Of a stretch of DNA of 38,540 nucleotides, positions 15,695 through 24,945 are shown piece after piece. A model generated the notes under the pieces. The model did not search any database. It saw only the letters and a list, made by a program, of their open reading frames with translations, and was not told the DNA's origin. The stretch's first letter is position 1, and each line of letters opens with the position of its first letter. The DNA comes from a virus (lineage: Duplodnaviria; Caudoviricetes): positions 1 through 38,540 of the IMG/VR virus record IMGVR_UViG_3300038478_000051. One strand, 5' to 3'. A program made the position numbers and the translations under genes.

Positions 15695-17164
15695 TTATTG
15701 ATACCCTGTCACATTCAATTGGCCTCCACTATTTTGTATAGCATCCTTAAATGAAGCATACCCATCCTCTTGAGCTTGGGCATTGGCAGCTCCCATCATT
15801 TGTTTTTGAAGCTCTAAAAGGGTAGTTTGCACCTGTTGCTTAGACAGAGTAATACTTCCAAACGTTGAGCCAAGCTTATTCATAAATTGTGTTGAGGCTG
15901 CTCCACGGACTCCAGCTAACCCCTTATCCCCCGATGCTTTCAAATAGCCAAGTTGTTGAAGAAATCCTACGGTATTGTTGTCCATTAATGACGACATTCC
16001 TGAATTATACATAAATTGATAGAGATTCCCTCCAGCCATTCCAAAATGACTTTGCGGCAGTTTCTTTAGGTAGTTTAATGCAGTGTTAATACGGTCAATT
16101 GAGGATGCCTGATTTGCAAGGTCTGTTGAAATGGTTGGAGAAAGTGGTAAATTACCATGACGCGCTTTCCAAGAACTTTCTAGGGCGCTTAATTGTGTCG
16201 AAGCATAGGAAGATAAAAATGGGTTTTGAAGCATTGTTAAATATTGTTGTTGTTGGCCAAGGGTTTGAATTCTATCCTGTTCAAGAGCCGGGAGCTTTTG
16301 ATATTGTTGGGGAGTAATATTTGTCCCATACACCCCGCCTGCTTGAGGAGTTCCTGCATTCACGTTGGAAGGATTTAAGCTTACAGATGCTGCTGCCTGG
16401 GGAGATGCATTAGTTGGAGATCCAATTCCTAGAGCAGCTAAGGGATTTGAACTTCCTGTCCCCGTTCCTCCTGCTCCTGAGAGCATAAGATAGGGGAGGA
16501 TGGATTGCATAAAATTAAGTCCAAATTCTTGTGATTGAATATTGGCCTGTTGAAATGCTGCATCATTTTGAATCCCCTGGCCAACTACCCCTTGGTTTGC
16601 CCCATAGAGAGAGGATAGCAAATTCATAACACCTGCGCGTGCTGAAGAGTTTGATGTTGCTGCTTGGACTCCGAGCGCTGGATCGGTAAATCCTCCCGGT
16701 GCTGCTGCTAAAGATTGGGGGGTCATAACTGGAAGAGTTGGAGTTGGCAATGCAGGCACTCCAAGTGCTGGATCGCCAGCGTAATTCGGCATATCAGGAT
16801 ATTGCGTTGCCTGACCTGAGCCTCCCGGTTGGAAGGCTGGGGCCATATAGTTACTACCCAATGGAACTCCTGGAGTATTTTGTGCGTTTTGTCCTTGCTG
16901 GGCAATATTAGTCATTCCTTGAGAAATCTGAGGGAGTTGACCTAATTGAGAAAGGGTACCCGTATCTAAAAGTTGTTGGCCTGGAGCGTTGGCTATTTGC
17001 TGTTGAATCTGTCCTGCGCCCTGCTGAAGAGCCAAAGTGGGATTTTGTATCATATTAGGAGCCTGAGCAAGATAGGATTGTAAAGCCGCGACTTGCTGAC
17101 CCTGAGAGGTATTTGCATTTGGAATTGCAGGATTGTAACTAGGATTTAAGCCCGGTGGATTCAT
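15695..17164 (-). CDS. Putative internal virion/ejection protein
   Basis: Q/A/G/P-rich with a helical C-terminus; position in the module. Confidence 0.6.
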   Translation of the reverse strand: MNPPGLNPSYNPAIPNANTSQGQQVAALQSYLAQAPNMIQNPTLALQQGAGQIQQQIANAPGQQLLDTGTLSQLGQLPQISQGMTNIAQQGQNAQNTPGVPLGSNYMAPAFQPGGSGQATQYPDMPNYAGDPALGVPALPTPTLPVMTPQSLAAAPGGFTDPALGVQAATSNSSARAGVMNLLSSLYGANQGVVGQGIQNDAAFQQANIQSQEFGLNFMQSILPYLMLSGAGGTGTGSSNPLAALGIGSPTNASPQAAASVSLNPSNVNAGTPQAGGVYGTNITPQQYQKLPALEQDRIQTLGQQQQYLTMLQNPFLSSYASTQLSALESSWKARHGNLPLSPTISTDLANQASSIDRINTALNYLKKLPQSHFGMAGGNLYQFMYNSGMSSLMDNNTVGFLQQLGYLKASGDKGLAGVRGAASTQFMNKLGSTFGSITLSKQQVQTTLLELQKQMMGAANAQAQEDGYASFKDAIQNSGGQLNVTGYQ

Positions 17165-17189
17165 ATTAATAAAACTATATCATATTATA

Positions 17190-18314
17190 TCAACTAATGT
17201 TATTCTGGGTTTTATATGATTGGATATATGCCTGTTGCGCTTTGTTCTGCTGTGCAATTTGTTGAGCCTGCAAATTCATCTGTTGCTGTTGGAGTGCCTG
17301 ACTCTGTAAATTGCTTGCCATGCCTTCTGCTTGGCCCTGTTCCTGGAGATTCAAATTTTCCCCATATAATTGATTACTCTGGGTCGCTTGACTTATCCCC
17401 CTTTGCTCTGTTAATCCAAGTTGTGTGCCGGTTCTTTGTTGATAGATACCTAATTGAGTATTTGTCCTGTCATAATTTCTTTGTGTAGCCTGTTGTTTGA
17501 GAGCCTCTCCCTGATTCATTTGACCCAATTCATATTGAGACTCTCCCCCTCCGGCATATTGCATTGAAGGATTAGCATTCCCTGTAGGATTGGTTGATGT
17601 CTGAGGGTTTGTGCCAGTTGGCGCTGTTTGGGTAACCGCAATCCCACGTTGATTAAGTGTATCTTTTAACTGTCTCTGTTCTGCAGCATCGGTTATTCCA
17701 AGTTGGGACATGGCAGATTGGAAATCTTGAGTTGCGTATAATTGTCCGTTTGCAACATCCTGATTCAAATATTGCGTTCCCAATTGATAATCTTGTTGAT
17801 ATTGCTGTATCTGTGTATTAGTCATATTCGTATTCTGAGTAGAAAGCGCACTATAATAAGGATTAAGAGCTGCATATGATTGCCCTAGAAAAGAACTTGG
17901 ATTAGATGCGCTTCCGATTGAAGGAACGGTATAGGCTGATGCATTATAAGGAGTCATCTGATCCTGTAAATACTGAAGGTAGGCAGACTGACTTGGGTCG
18001 GCGGCGGCGGGAGCCCCAGAACCACTTGGAATACTTACCCCCCCGCTATAGCCTCCATAATTGGTATTAGAAGGCGCCGGAGCTCCATAACTTGTCGGTG
18101 CAGCACTGAAACTTCCTCCAGAAGGATTACCTGCCAAACTTAATCCATTAATATTGCTCGATGGCATCCCACTGCTTACTCCTCCCATAACAGAAGAACC
18201 AAGATTTGAAGGATTCGGTAAATTCGACATATTTGCATACGTTGGAGCATTCCCTCCAAAAAGGTTACTGATATCTGTTCCTCCCTGTGATAATAAACTA
18301 CTTAGCCAATCCAT
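17190..18314 (-). CDS. Putative internal virion/ejection protein
   Basis: S/G-rich N-terminus and Gln-rich coiled coil. Confidence 0.6.
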   Translation of the reverse strand: MDWLSSLLSQGGTDISNLFGGNAPTYANMSNLPNPSNLGSSVMGGVSSGMPSSNINGLSLAGNPSGGSFSAAPTSYGAPAPSNTNYGGYSGGVSIPSGSGAPAAADPSQSAYLQYLQDQMTPYNASAYTVPSIGSASNPSSFLGQSYAALNPYYSALSTQNTNMTNTQIQQYQQDYQLGTQYLNQDVANGQLYATQDFQSAMSQLGITDAAEQRQLKDTLNQRGIAVTQTAPTGTNPQTSTNPTGNANPSMQYAGGGESQYELGQMNQGEALKQQATQRNYDRTNTQLGIYQQRTGTQLGLTEQRGISQATQSNQLYGENLNLQEQGQAEGMASNLQSQALQQQQMNLQAQQIAQQNKAQQAYIQSYKTQNNIS

Positions 18315-18317
18315 ATT

Positions 18318-19052
18318 TTAAAATTGTTGAAAAAATAATGGCGCGCCATTCGCTGCTAATTCTGAAACCTCTGAGTTTGTCAATATCCTTGAAAAATAAA
18401 CAATATCTCCAAAATAACTTGGAAAAGATCCTCCATTTGGATCAAAAAGAATATAGAATCCATTATCATTCCCACTATTTCCATTTTGAACAGGAGAGAT
18501 ATTATTTGTCATCACAGGCAGTCCATCAATGAAAAGTGTCATGTTGTTAGTATTCCCCCCATCAAAATTAACAAATATGTGATGTGGGCGGAGGCCCAAA
18601 GGTGTATTATTTGGCAGGTTATAAGTAAATATATGATCTTGTCTTCCTGTTGCAGACCAAACATTAGAAAATTGATATGTTCCCGCGTTATTAAGATAGG
18701 TTACCCAAATCCTATTTTGCTGATTACCATTAGCAAATTCAAAAAGAGAATATTCTGTACCACTGCCAGGAACGGCAGTGGGATAAAACCAGCCACCAAC
18801 ACCTAATCCTGCTTGACAATTAAAAGGAAGACCAGGACTTCCAACTGCAGTAAAATATACGCCCCCATTAACAGAATAACCACAATACTCATAGATAATG
18901 TTAGCAACATAGGAGAAATCGCTTCCGTGTTGAGCCAGATTAGCATTTCCAACATTATTAACAGGGGAAGAATTGTTTAAATTTTGATTGAATTCATAGT
19001 ATGCCTGAAGCGCTGCATCATTAAAAAGTGGTAAATTTTTAAGTTGTGCCAT
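18318..19052 (-). CDS. LamG/concanavalin A-like virion protein
   Basis: LQAYYEFN, GWFYP, HHIFVNFDG...LFIDG and FSRILT.SEV motifs. Confidence 0.75.
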   Translation of the reverse strand: MAQLKNLPLFNDAALQAYYEFNQNLNNSSPVNNVGNANLAQHGSDFSYVANIIYEYCGYSVNGGVYFTAVGSPGLPFNCQAGLGVGGWFYPTAVPGSGTEYSLFEFANGNQQNRIWVTYLNNAGTYQFSNVWSATGRQDHIFTYNLPNNTPLGLRPHHIFVNFDGGNTNNMTLFIDGLPVMTNNISPVQNGNSGNDNGFYILFDPNGGSFPSYFGDIVYFSRILTNSEVSELAANGAPLFFQQF

Positions 19053-19061
19053 GGTTGCCTC

Positions 19062-19682
19062 CTATCCGAAGTTCTGCCCCCACATTCCAAAAAAGTTAGT
19101 GCCATCGTAACGAATAATGCAGCAATCAACTTCATTTGCCACAGTAATATTTCCTGATTCCCAAGGTGGTGGAGATTTTTGGTTCCAATATATATTTGCA
19201 CCACCCGTTGGGGTAATGGCGATATTATAGACGCCTGTACTATTTTGTACCATCCAAAGAGTAGCTGTTTGTCCTGCTACCATATTAATAGGGTTAAGAA
19301 TGGTGTTTCCGGTAACAATACAGTTTTGCCGATCTCCCTTGCTCCAATCCCAATTCTCAGTTCCTGAGACATTTCCAATAGCAAATTCTGTATCAACAAT
19401 AGGAGTTTGCAAAATAGTATTCTGAATAGTTTGAGGAGATGGAGGATCAAGCACGGCTGCAGTGTTGTCAATTTTTGACGGTTGAATATTTGCATCTGAT
19501 GCAATATCACTATCCTGAACAGACCCTCCAAGATTAAGTTTTGCATAGGCAATAGCAGCTCCCGTTGAAATATCCGCGTTAGTAATTTGCGGATTATCCA
19601 ATAAATTATTAAACTCATTGTTAAGCGCTGCCGAATAAAGTTCAGCCCCAAAAGTCCATATTGTTGTGCGATTTACTGTCAT
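19062..19682 (-). CDS. Tail fibre/adaptor-like protein
   Basis: LNNEFNNL N-terminal anchor, AAIAYAKLNL shaft motif and a C-terminal beta domain (GQTATLWMVQ...YDGTNFFG). Confidence 0.6.
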   Translation of the reverse strand: MTVNRTTIWTFGAELYSAALNNEFNNLLDNPQITNADISTGAAIAYAKLNLGGSVQDSDIASDANIQPSKIDNTAAVLDPPSPQTIQNTILQTPIVDTEFAIGNVSGTENWDWSKGDRQNCIVTGNTILNPINMVAGQTATLWMVQNSTGVYNIAITPTGGANIYWNQKSPPPWESGNITVANEVDCCIIRYDGTNFFGMWGQNFG

Positions 19683-19861
19683 AAAGCGTAATAGTATTCA
19701 GAGTAAGATAACAAATCTTCAATTATCTTGTTTATACCACTTTGATCTATATTGATACTTTGAAGATCACTTGTCAAGGCTGTAACCATATCTACGCGTT
19801 TCAAGATTCCCTTATTCCAATACCCTATTAAATAATCCTCTACTTGTGCTCTTGTTATCAT
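19679..19861 (-). CDS. Hypothetical protein
   Basis: Tightly packed in the operon. Confidence 0.55.
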   Translation of the reverse strand: MITRAQVEDYLIGYWNKGILKRVDMVTALTSDLQSINIDQSGINKIIEDLLSYSEYYYAL

Positions 19862-19863
19862 AA

Positions 19864-21741
19864 TTAATCGCTCCTTAATCCTTTTGGTAAAAAGTACGTC
19901 TCTAAATCGTAAATTTCAAAATAATCAGCGCTTGATTCTATCATCTGCCATTGCCATATCTTACCGGTTTGAGATGCGATTGGCATCCGCTGGCTATTTC
20001 CCCCTGTTGAATCCATGGTAGACCGGTCAAGATAAAATGAAATGTCCAATAGATAGGCAGACATCCCCTGTAGAGAAATTTGTCCCTGCTGCGTCATTCC
20101 CCCCATATCAACTTGGCTTGAAAAAGTAAGCTGTGTGTTTTCTCCCTGAGAATATTTTCCATACAAGTATTTCCATTTGAACTTTCTTGCCGGATCAGGC
20201 ATATATCCCCTTGATTGAATGGTAGCCTTAATATTATTCCCATTATCGGTATAGAGTGCTGGATTAAACTTCATTACCAGTCCTGTCCCTGCATTTGGAC
20301 TCCCTGCAATCTGTGTAGCATCGGTAAAGTAGATTTGTGCTTGCCCGGGAATAAGGCTTGTTGCGATATATCCCATATTCTTTCCTGTCATTGTGGTGAA
20401 GGGGTAGTTCTTTGATGATATTTCCCATGTATCTAGCACTATTACTTCATTGTTGACAGATGATCCATTAACCGGAATTGCCCAGTAAGCATACCTTCCA
20501 TCAAACCCTCCTTGTATTCCTGGAATTGCGGAAATGGTAATATTACTCATTGTCCCACGTATTACGTCCGATACTATTCCTCCATCAAGGGTCACCGCAA
20601 ATGAGGTTTTCGTCACTGACCTGATGACAGGGGTATGTCCTATCATAGAAAAATAAAGAACATCGTTCCCGGTATTAACCAAAGAAAAAGGAGCCGTTGT
20701 TCCATAACCGAATATCCTCCCATTAAGGTTTTGCCCTGCAGCGGTAGTGGACGCAAATGTTGACTCGGACCATCCGGTAATTGCCCAAATAGTTCCCTGC
20801 TTAAAAATTAGTAATTCATCCTGGATGATTGCGAGTCCCGTAATCTGGTCAGAGTCCCCCGGATTAATATCAACATAGTTTGAACCAGGATAGGTTGTCG
20901 GGTCCCCAATGTTAGAAAAATATAAACGGTTTGGGTAACTAACATTATTTGCAATAAACATGTAAGAGTGGTACCACTTTGCATAATACCCTATAGGAAC
21001 ACCATAGCGATTTATCTGAAGACGTGTCCCGTTAAAATCCACTTCATTTATTCCATTAAATCCAAAGAGGTAATTGTTTGCTGCCTCAAACCAGATTGGC
21101 TTATTATTTGGCAAACTAGGACGAGGAGTGCCATTTGTTGCAGTTGAGCCGGTATCCGTATAGGGAGAGGACGTTGTGTTGTAGTATTGCGCCTCGGCTC
21201 CTGATGCTGTACCGCGATAAACGTTGTATGAAGTGGCACCTGGAACTGATGGGAAAGTGATAGTTATGGTGTTGGTTGATGTCCCTGATGGTACAACAAT
21301 AGATGCCTCGGTAGACGCCATTCCTTCGCCTGTCGCATTAAGCGCAGTCACGACATAGTAATAGGTTCCGGGAATAATTGTCCCTCCCGTAGTTGCGGTT
21401 GCGAGGGAGGGGGCTGACGAAGGTCTGCTATTAAAAGAAAGCTCCGTAAAACTTCCTGTTCCAGTCCAAATATAATAATTTGAAAAAGAAGATCCGCTAA
21501 GGTTTGTTATTAAATAATATTCTTGGGCCGCTAAAAAATTTAAAGCGCCTAAGCCATTAAATGAACCATTACTAATAGCAGGAGCAATAGGGCTAGAACC
21601 AAAAACCTTTGAAACCTTATTGTCTGAAAGAAATACATTATTAGCAATAGTTAAATATCCCTTTGGGACAATTTGATAGGGGTCCCGATCATTATATCCA
21701 TCAAAGGATGATTCTATAATAGGTTTATCTGTGAACTGAAT
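19864..21741 (-). CDS. Tail nozzle/head-closure beta-propeller protein (P22 gp10 / tail tubular B-like), extended to a probable ATT start, 625 aa
   Basis: NRLYFSNIGDPTTY...GDSDQITGL...LLIFK motif. The frame stays open 130 codons upstream of the GTG at 21351 up to TGA at 21748-21750; SD-like AAGGAGAGTGA precedes ATT at 21741. Confidence 0.75.
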   Translation of the reverse strand: MQFTDKPIIESSFDGYNDRDPYQIVPKGYLTIANNVFLSDNKVSKVFGSSPIAPAISNGSFNGLGALNFLAAQEYYLITNLSGSSFSNYYIWTGTGSFTELSFNSRPSSAPSLATATTGGTIIPGTYYYVVTALNATGEGMASTEASIVVPSGTSTNTITITFPSVPGATSYNVYRGTASGAEAQYYNTTSSPYTDTGSTATNGTPRPSLPNNKPIWFEAANNYLFGFNGINEVDFNGTRLQINRYGVPIGYYAKWYHSYMFIANNVSYPNRLYFSNIGDPTTYPGSNYVDINPGDSDQITGLAIIQDELLIFKQGTIWAITGWSESTFASTTAAGQNLNGRIFGYGTTAPFSLVNTGNDVLYFSMIGHTPVIRSVTKTSFAVTLDGGIVSDVIRGTMSNITISAIPGIQGGFDGRYAYWAIPVNGSSVNNEVIVLDTWEISSKNYPFTTMTGKNMGYIATSLIPGQAQIYFTDATQIAGSPNAGTGLVMKFNPALYTDNGNNIKATIQSRGYMPDPARKFKWKYLYGKYSQGENTQLTFSSQVDMGGMTQQGQISLQGMSAYLLDISFYLDRSTMDSTGGNSQRMPIASQTGKIWQWQMIESSADYFEIYDLETYFLPKGLRSD

Positions 21742-21759
21742 TTTAAATCACTCTCCTTT

Positions 21760-21852
21760 TTACCGTATAAAATAGTTTGCCGCATAAATAAGAATAAGAA
21801 TAATTACAATTAAATAAATTAAATACAATAGTATCCATCCTAAATTTTTCAT
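21760..21852 (-). CDS. 30-aa single-TM peptide (MKNLGWILLYLIYLIVIILILIYAANYFIR)
   Basis: Read manually; fills the gap between the adaptor and nozzle genes. Confidence 0.5.
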   Translation of the reverse strand: MKNLGWILLYLIYLIVIILILIYAANYFIR

Positions 21853-21868
21853 TATTTTGATAGCTTTG

Positions 21869-22603
21869 CTACCAAGGATCGTTAATTGAAAAATCAAGAT
21901 CCTCTGCACTATCTGATTCAATCATCCATGGTCCATCTTGCTGACGTATCTTGAGGTATGTTTGCATCTCCATAATCCCCTCATCATAAAAATTTTTATA
22001 CTTTGTGGCAGATGCTTCATCCTGTTGTCCTTTAGAAAGTAATTTTGAGGCTGCCTTGTATTCAATTAATTCTCCAAACCGGTCTGCAAAAGGAATTCGA
22101 ATTGGATCGGTAAAATTAACTAAGTTGCTCACTGCCTGGATACCCCAAACGGAAATTGATTGTCCGGTGGTATCTGCCTGTTGCGGAATAGGAACAAATC
22201 CAATATATTGCTGGTCCGGTGGTCCATGCAGGTAATAGCCTGCCGAGAACACCGATCCTTGAGTAGACATATTCCGAAGGTTGAGTAGCATTTCAGACGA
22301 CTTTATACTTGCTGCCTTTATTGGCTGGGACTCCGGATCTTGGGGAGAATAGTTAATTTCAACTCTTGTCACCTTTAAAAGACTATTGTCGATTTCATAT
22401 TCTTGAACATTTGATTGGATTGCATAGGTAAAAGGGGTGATTGTTTCATAATATGCCTCATAGACCTCCATTACCTTACCTACCACATCCTGATAAGCAT
22501 AGTTTACCGCATATAAAACCTCCGCATCTTTCCAATCGGCGGGGGTTGTTTCGTCAAGTAAAGTTCTAGTCTGATTGTAAATATCCTGATATTGTTTTGC
22601 CAT
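21869..22603 (-). CDS. Head-tail adaptor (tail tubular A / P22 gp4-like)
   Basis: R.LLDE....W.D.EV...VN.A N-terminus and P.P...IP..F..LI.Y.AA pattern; downstream of the capsid gene. Confidence 0.7.
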   Translation of the reverse strand: MAKQYQDIYNQTRTLLDETTPADWKDAEVLYAVNYAYQDVVGKVMEVYEAYYETITPFTYAIQSNVQEYEIDNSLLKVTRVEINYSPQDPESQPIKAASIKSSEMLLNLRNMSTQGSVFSAGYYLHGPPDQQYIGFVPIPQQADTTGQSISVWGIQAVSNLVNFTDPIRIPFADRFGELIEYKAASKLLSKGQQDEASATKYKNFYDEGIMEMQTYLKIRQQDGPWMIESDSAEDLDFSINDPW

Positions 22604-22605
22604 AG

Positions 22606-22914
22606 TTAGTTACGTTGAACGGTTAGCCAAACATGGGCTACCTCATCACCTTTTAAACCAATAGGCTTCATAGAAAAAATATTTACCTTGATATCCCCGA
22701 TTTCCTTCATATGATCTGCTGGCTGATAAAGGAGTCCTGTTTCAAATTCTTCCCCGTGATTAACTTGCCAATTAAGAAGTAATTCGCTTTTTGAAACAAT
22801 AAGAATATCTTGGAATGAATGGGGATGATAAATAGAAATACCCTCTACTGGAACATCAAATTCAAAATGTTCAACCGCGTGGATAGTTTCGTCATTAATA
22901 ATAATTGATTTCAT
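22606..22914 (-). CDS. Hypothetical protein
   Basis: ORF with its own upstream promoter TTGACA(23009-23004)-N18-TATGTT. Confidence 0.6.
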   Translation of the reverse strand: MKSIIINDETIHAVEHFEFDVPVEGISIYHPHSFQDILIVSKSELLLNWQVNHGEEFETGLLYQPADHMKEIGDIKVNIFSMKPIGLKGDEVAHVWLTVQRN

Positions 22915-23026
22915 AGTTTCAGGTGGAATATGATTTCAAGCCTTCGTGCCCAAAAGGTCTCCATGCATACTCCACCCTTAACATATCAAACTATAGCTTT
23001 ATATGTCAATAGAACTAATCCTAAGA

Positions 23027-23609
23027 TTAGGTCTTAATTAACACACCTCCAAGGGTACGTAACCCTGAGACACCATAGATCGAGTCACACGTTACTAACC
23101 ATGCGAGATATGGTAACCAATAGGCTGCCATAAGTCGTGGTGCCATTTGAACCGCTAACACGAGAGCTTCCTTTTGGAAGAGAATGTTATTGGTTTGATT
23201 TGGCGTTGATATAGTTACCGGAACATTATTTGTGTAATAAACCGGGAAACCATAGATATTTCCCCACAGATACCGGTTGTTTGGACCGATTTGTGCCCGC
23301 TGTGGTTTCTGATATTCGCCTTGATAGTCAGCCCTTACAAATTTATCAATTTGCAGGATTGCGGCTATCTGAGAGGGAGCTAACACCATAGCCCGTCCTT
23401 CCATAGGAATATCATTGATGTTTAATTGGTTCATTCCTGAAACAATTGTTCCATCTGAAATATTTTGTCCGTATTGACCCTGTGCGCTGGTTGTAAAGGT
23501 CGTATAGTTACTAAATGTGTCGCTGTCAATCTGTTTCGCGATGGCATAACCACATTTTTCACTGTACAAAGACCTAAGGTCATAAGCTGCCTGTATAGCA
23601 GGCATATCT
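23027..23609 (-). CDS. Major capsid protein, exon 2 (HK97 fold, P22 gp5-like)
   Basis: YDLRS.Y....GYAIAKQID, GR.MVL.P, GNIYGFPVYYTNN and D.IYGV..LR motifs. Confidence 0.88.
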
Positions 23610-24537
23610 CGTTTTGTTATCGCAAGCTTTCTATTTCTTGCTTCTCTATATTCCTATAGAGTCCTGGTCATATCACCCCTTTCGGGACGGGCGCTAATGA
23701 AGTTTATTGTTTTCCTACTCACCTTCTGACCGACGCACCTTCTCACTACTAATTGGAATTTGTGAGCTTGGCTCAATATGTCCCACTTTTTCAGTTGGGG
23801 ATTCTATTGAATTCACCCGTTTATTCAATTGAGCTAAATTGTGATAATAAGCTTTTGTTTTGATCTTATGGCAATCCTTGCAAAGAGTTTGTCCATTATT
23901 GGTATCATAAAAATATTCATCTTGGCAATCAAATTCGTTTGGATTATTATTTATTAAATCTGCCAACGGAATTATGTGATCGGATTCTAATTTTCCTCCT
24001 CGCTTATTACACATTTGACAAGTCCAATTATCTCTCATAAAAACAAATTGTTGCCATGCATAATATTTATCCGTTGTCCGAACTTTATGTGCCTTTTTGG
24101 TTACTCCACCTTTCCATTTTATATTTCGTTTTCCTTTTCTATCTTTTGCAAAACAACTAAGGGAGCAATATATTCTTGGAACAGATGGTCTTATCTTTAT
24201 TTGCTTTCCACATGTCTTACAATTTCCATATGTAGTTCTTTTTCTACATTCAAGACTACAATGGAGCTTGTTTCCTTTCTTCACAAAACTCAATCGCCTT
24301 GTAAAAGATTTTCCACATGTTTGACAAATAAATGTTCTTGAATTTATTCGGCGCTTATCCAACATCCAACATTTTTGAGAACAATATTTCTTTTGATACC
24401 ATTCAGGTTTCCACAAATCGATGTTACAATAGAAACATTTACGCATGAATCTATTATACCATAACTTCTTATCACTTGTAAAAGAGCAAACCCTTTTACT
24501 TCTACCTTAACTCAAAGGTCGAAGATACTTATAGTTT
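23610..24537 (-). ncRNA. Group I intron (928 nt) in the major capsid gene
   Basis: P3 ACGGGTG(23820-14)/CGCCCGT(23693-87); P4 TTCAAT/ATTGAG; P5 TCCC/GGGA; P6a CTCAC/GTGAG; P7 GGTCA(23731-27)/TGACC(23670-66); P8 CCC-GAAA-GGG; P9 CTCTATA-GGAA-TATAGAG; terminal G at 23610. Removal restores the reading frame. Confidence 0.88.
23715..24446 (-). CDS. Intron-encoded HNH homing endonuclease with multiple Zn-finger repeats
   Basis: Three CxxC...(Y/H)CSxxC units, WKGG, RDNWTCQMC...DHIIP...NGQTLCKDCH; the 3' end runs into the intron core. Confidence 0.88.
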   Translation of the reverse strand: MRKCFYCNIDLWKPEWYQKKYCSQKCWMLDKRRINSRTFICQTCGKSFTRRLSFVKKGNKLHCSLECRKRTTYGNCKTCGKQIKIRPSVPRIYCSLSCFAKDRKGKRNIKWKGGVTKKAHKVRTTDKYYAWQQFVFMRDNWTCQMCNKRGGKLESDHIIPLADLINNNPNEFDCQDEYFYDTNNGQTLCKDCHKIKTKAYYHNLAQLNKRVNSIESPTEKVGHIEPSSQIPISSEKVRRSEGE

Positions 24538-24815
24538 TCGAGCTGGAAGGTTGCTTCATACCATTTATTGATATAAATCGTTGTTCCAGTTTCGGTAATT
24601 GCCTGTGTTTGTGTCGTTTGATTCGGTTGCTTTGCGTTTGCGACCAAATTGCTAACATTAGGCACAGTAATTGCCTGACCTTTTGCCTTCACTTGAGAAT
24701 CTAACCTTTTAACCAATGGCGCCAATACTAACGCTGTCTCTGTGGCCCTTAGCACGTCTAAAGACCAGATTGTTGGCAGAAAAATAGCTGCCGTTGTCGT
24801 TGTAATATTGTGCAC
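24538..24815 (-). CDS. Major capsid protein, exon 1
   Basis: F.P.IWS..VL, G.AI.VP and I.INKWYE..F motifs; SD AAAGGAGGTGA before GTG. Spliced length is 278+583=861 nt (286 aa). Confidence 0.88.
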
Positions 24816-24891
24816 TTTTTTTACTCACCTCCTTTCTAAAATATTGATAATTCAATATAATCATATTTACATTAATATATATGCATTCCCA

Positions 24892-24940
24892 CAAAAAAAC
24901 CTCTCAATTAATAAGAAGTTCTCATTAGATAAAGAGGTCT
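24892..24940 (-). terminator. Possible intrinsic terminator between scaffold and capsid genes
   Basis: ACCTCT...AGAGGT stem with a large AT-rich interior, followed by a T-run on minus. Confidence 0.4.
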
Positions 24941-24945
24941 TTTAT

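Noticed and set aside
23610-24537. IStron, group II intron or intein
   Set aside because: No transposase, TnpB or RT; the insertion has stops in the capsid frame and no intein terminal motifs.
23027-24815. Capsid gene as a pseudogene disrupted by an HNH insertion
   Set aside because: A complete group I core and a frame-restoring junction explain the split.
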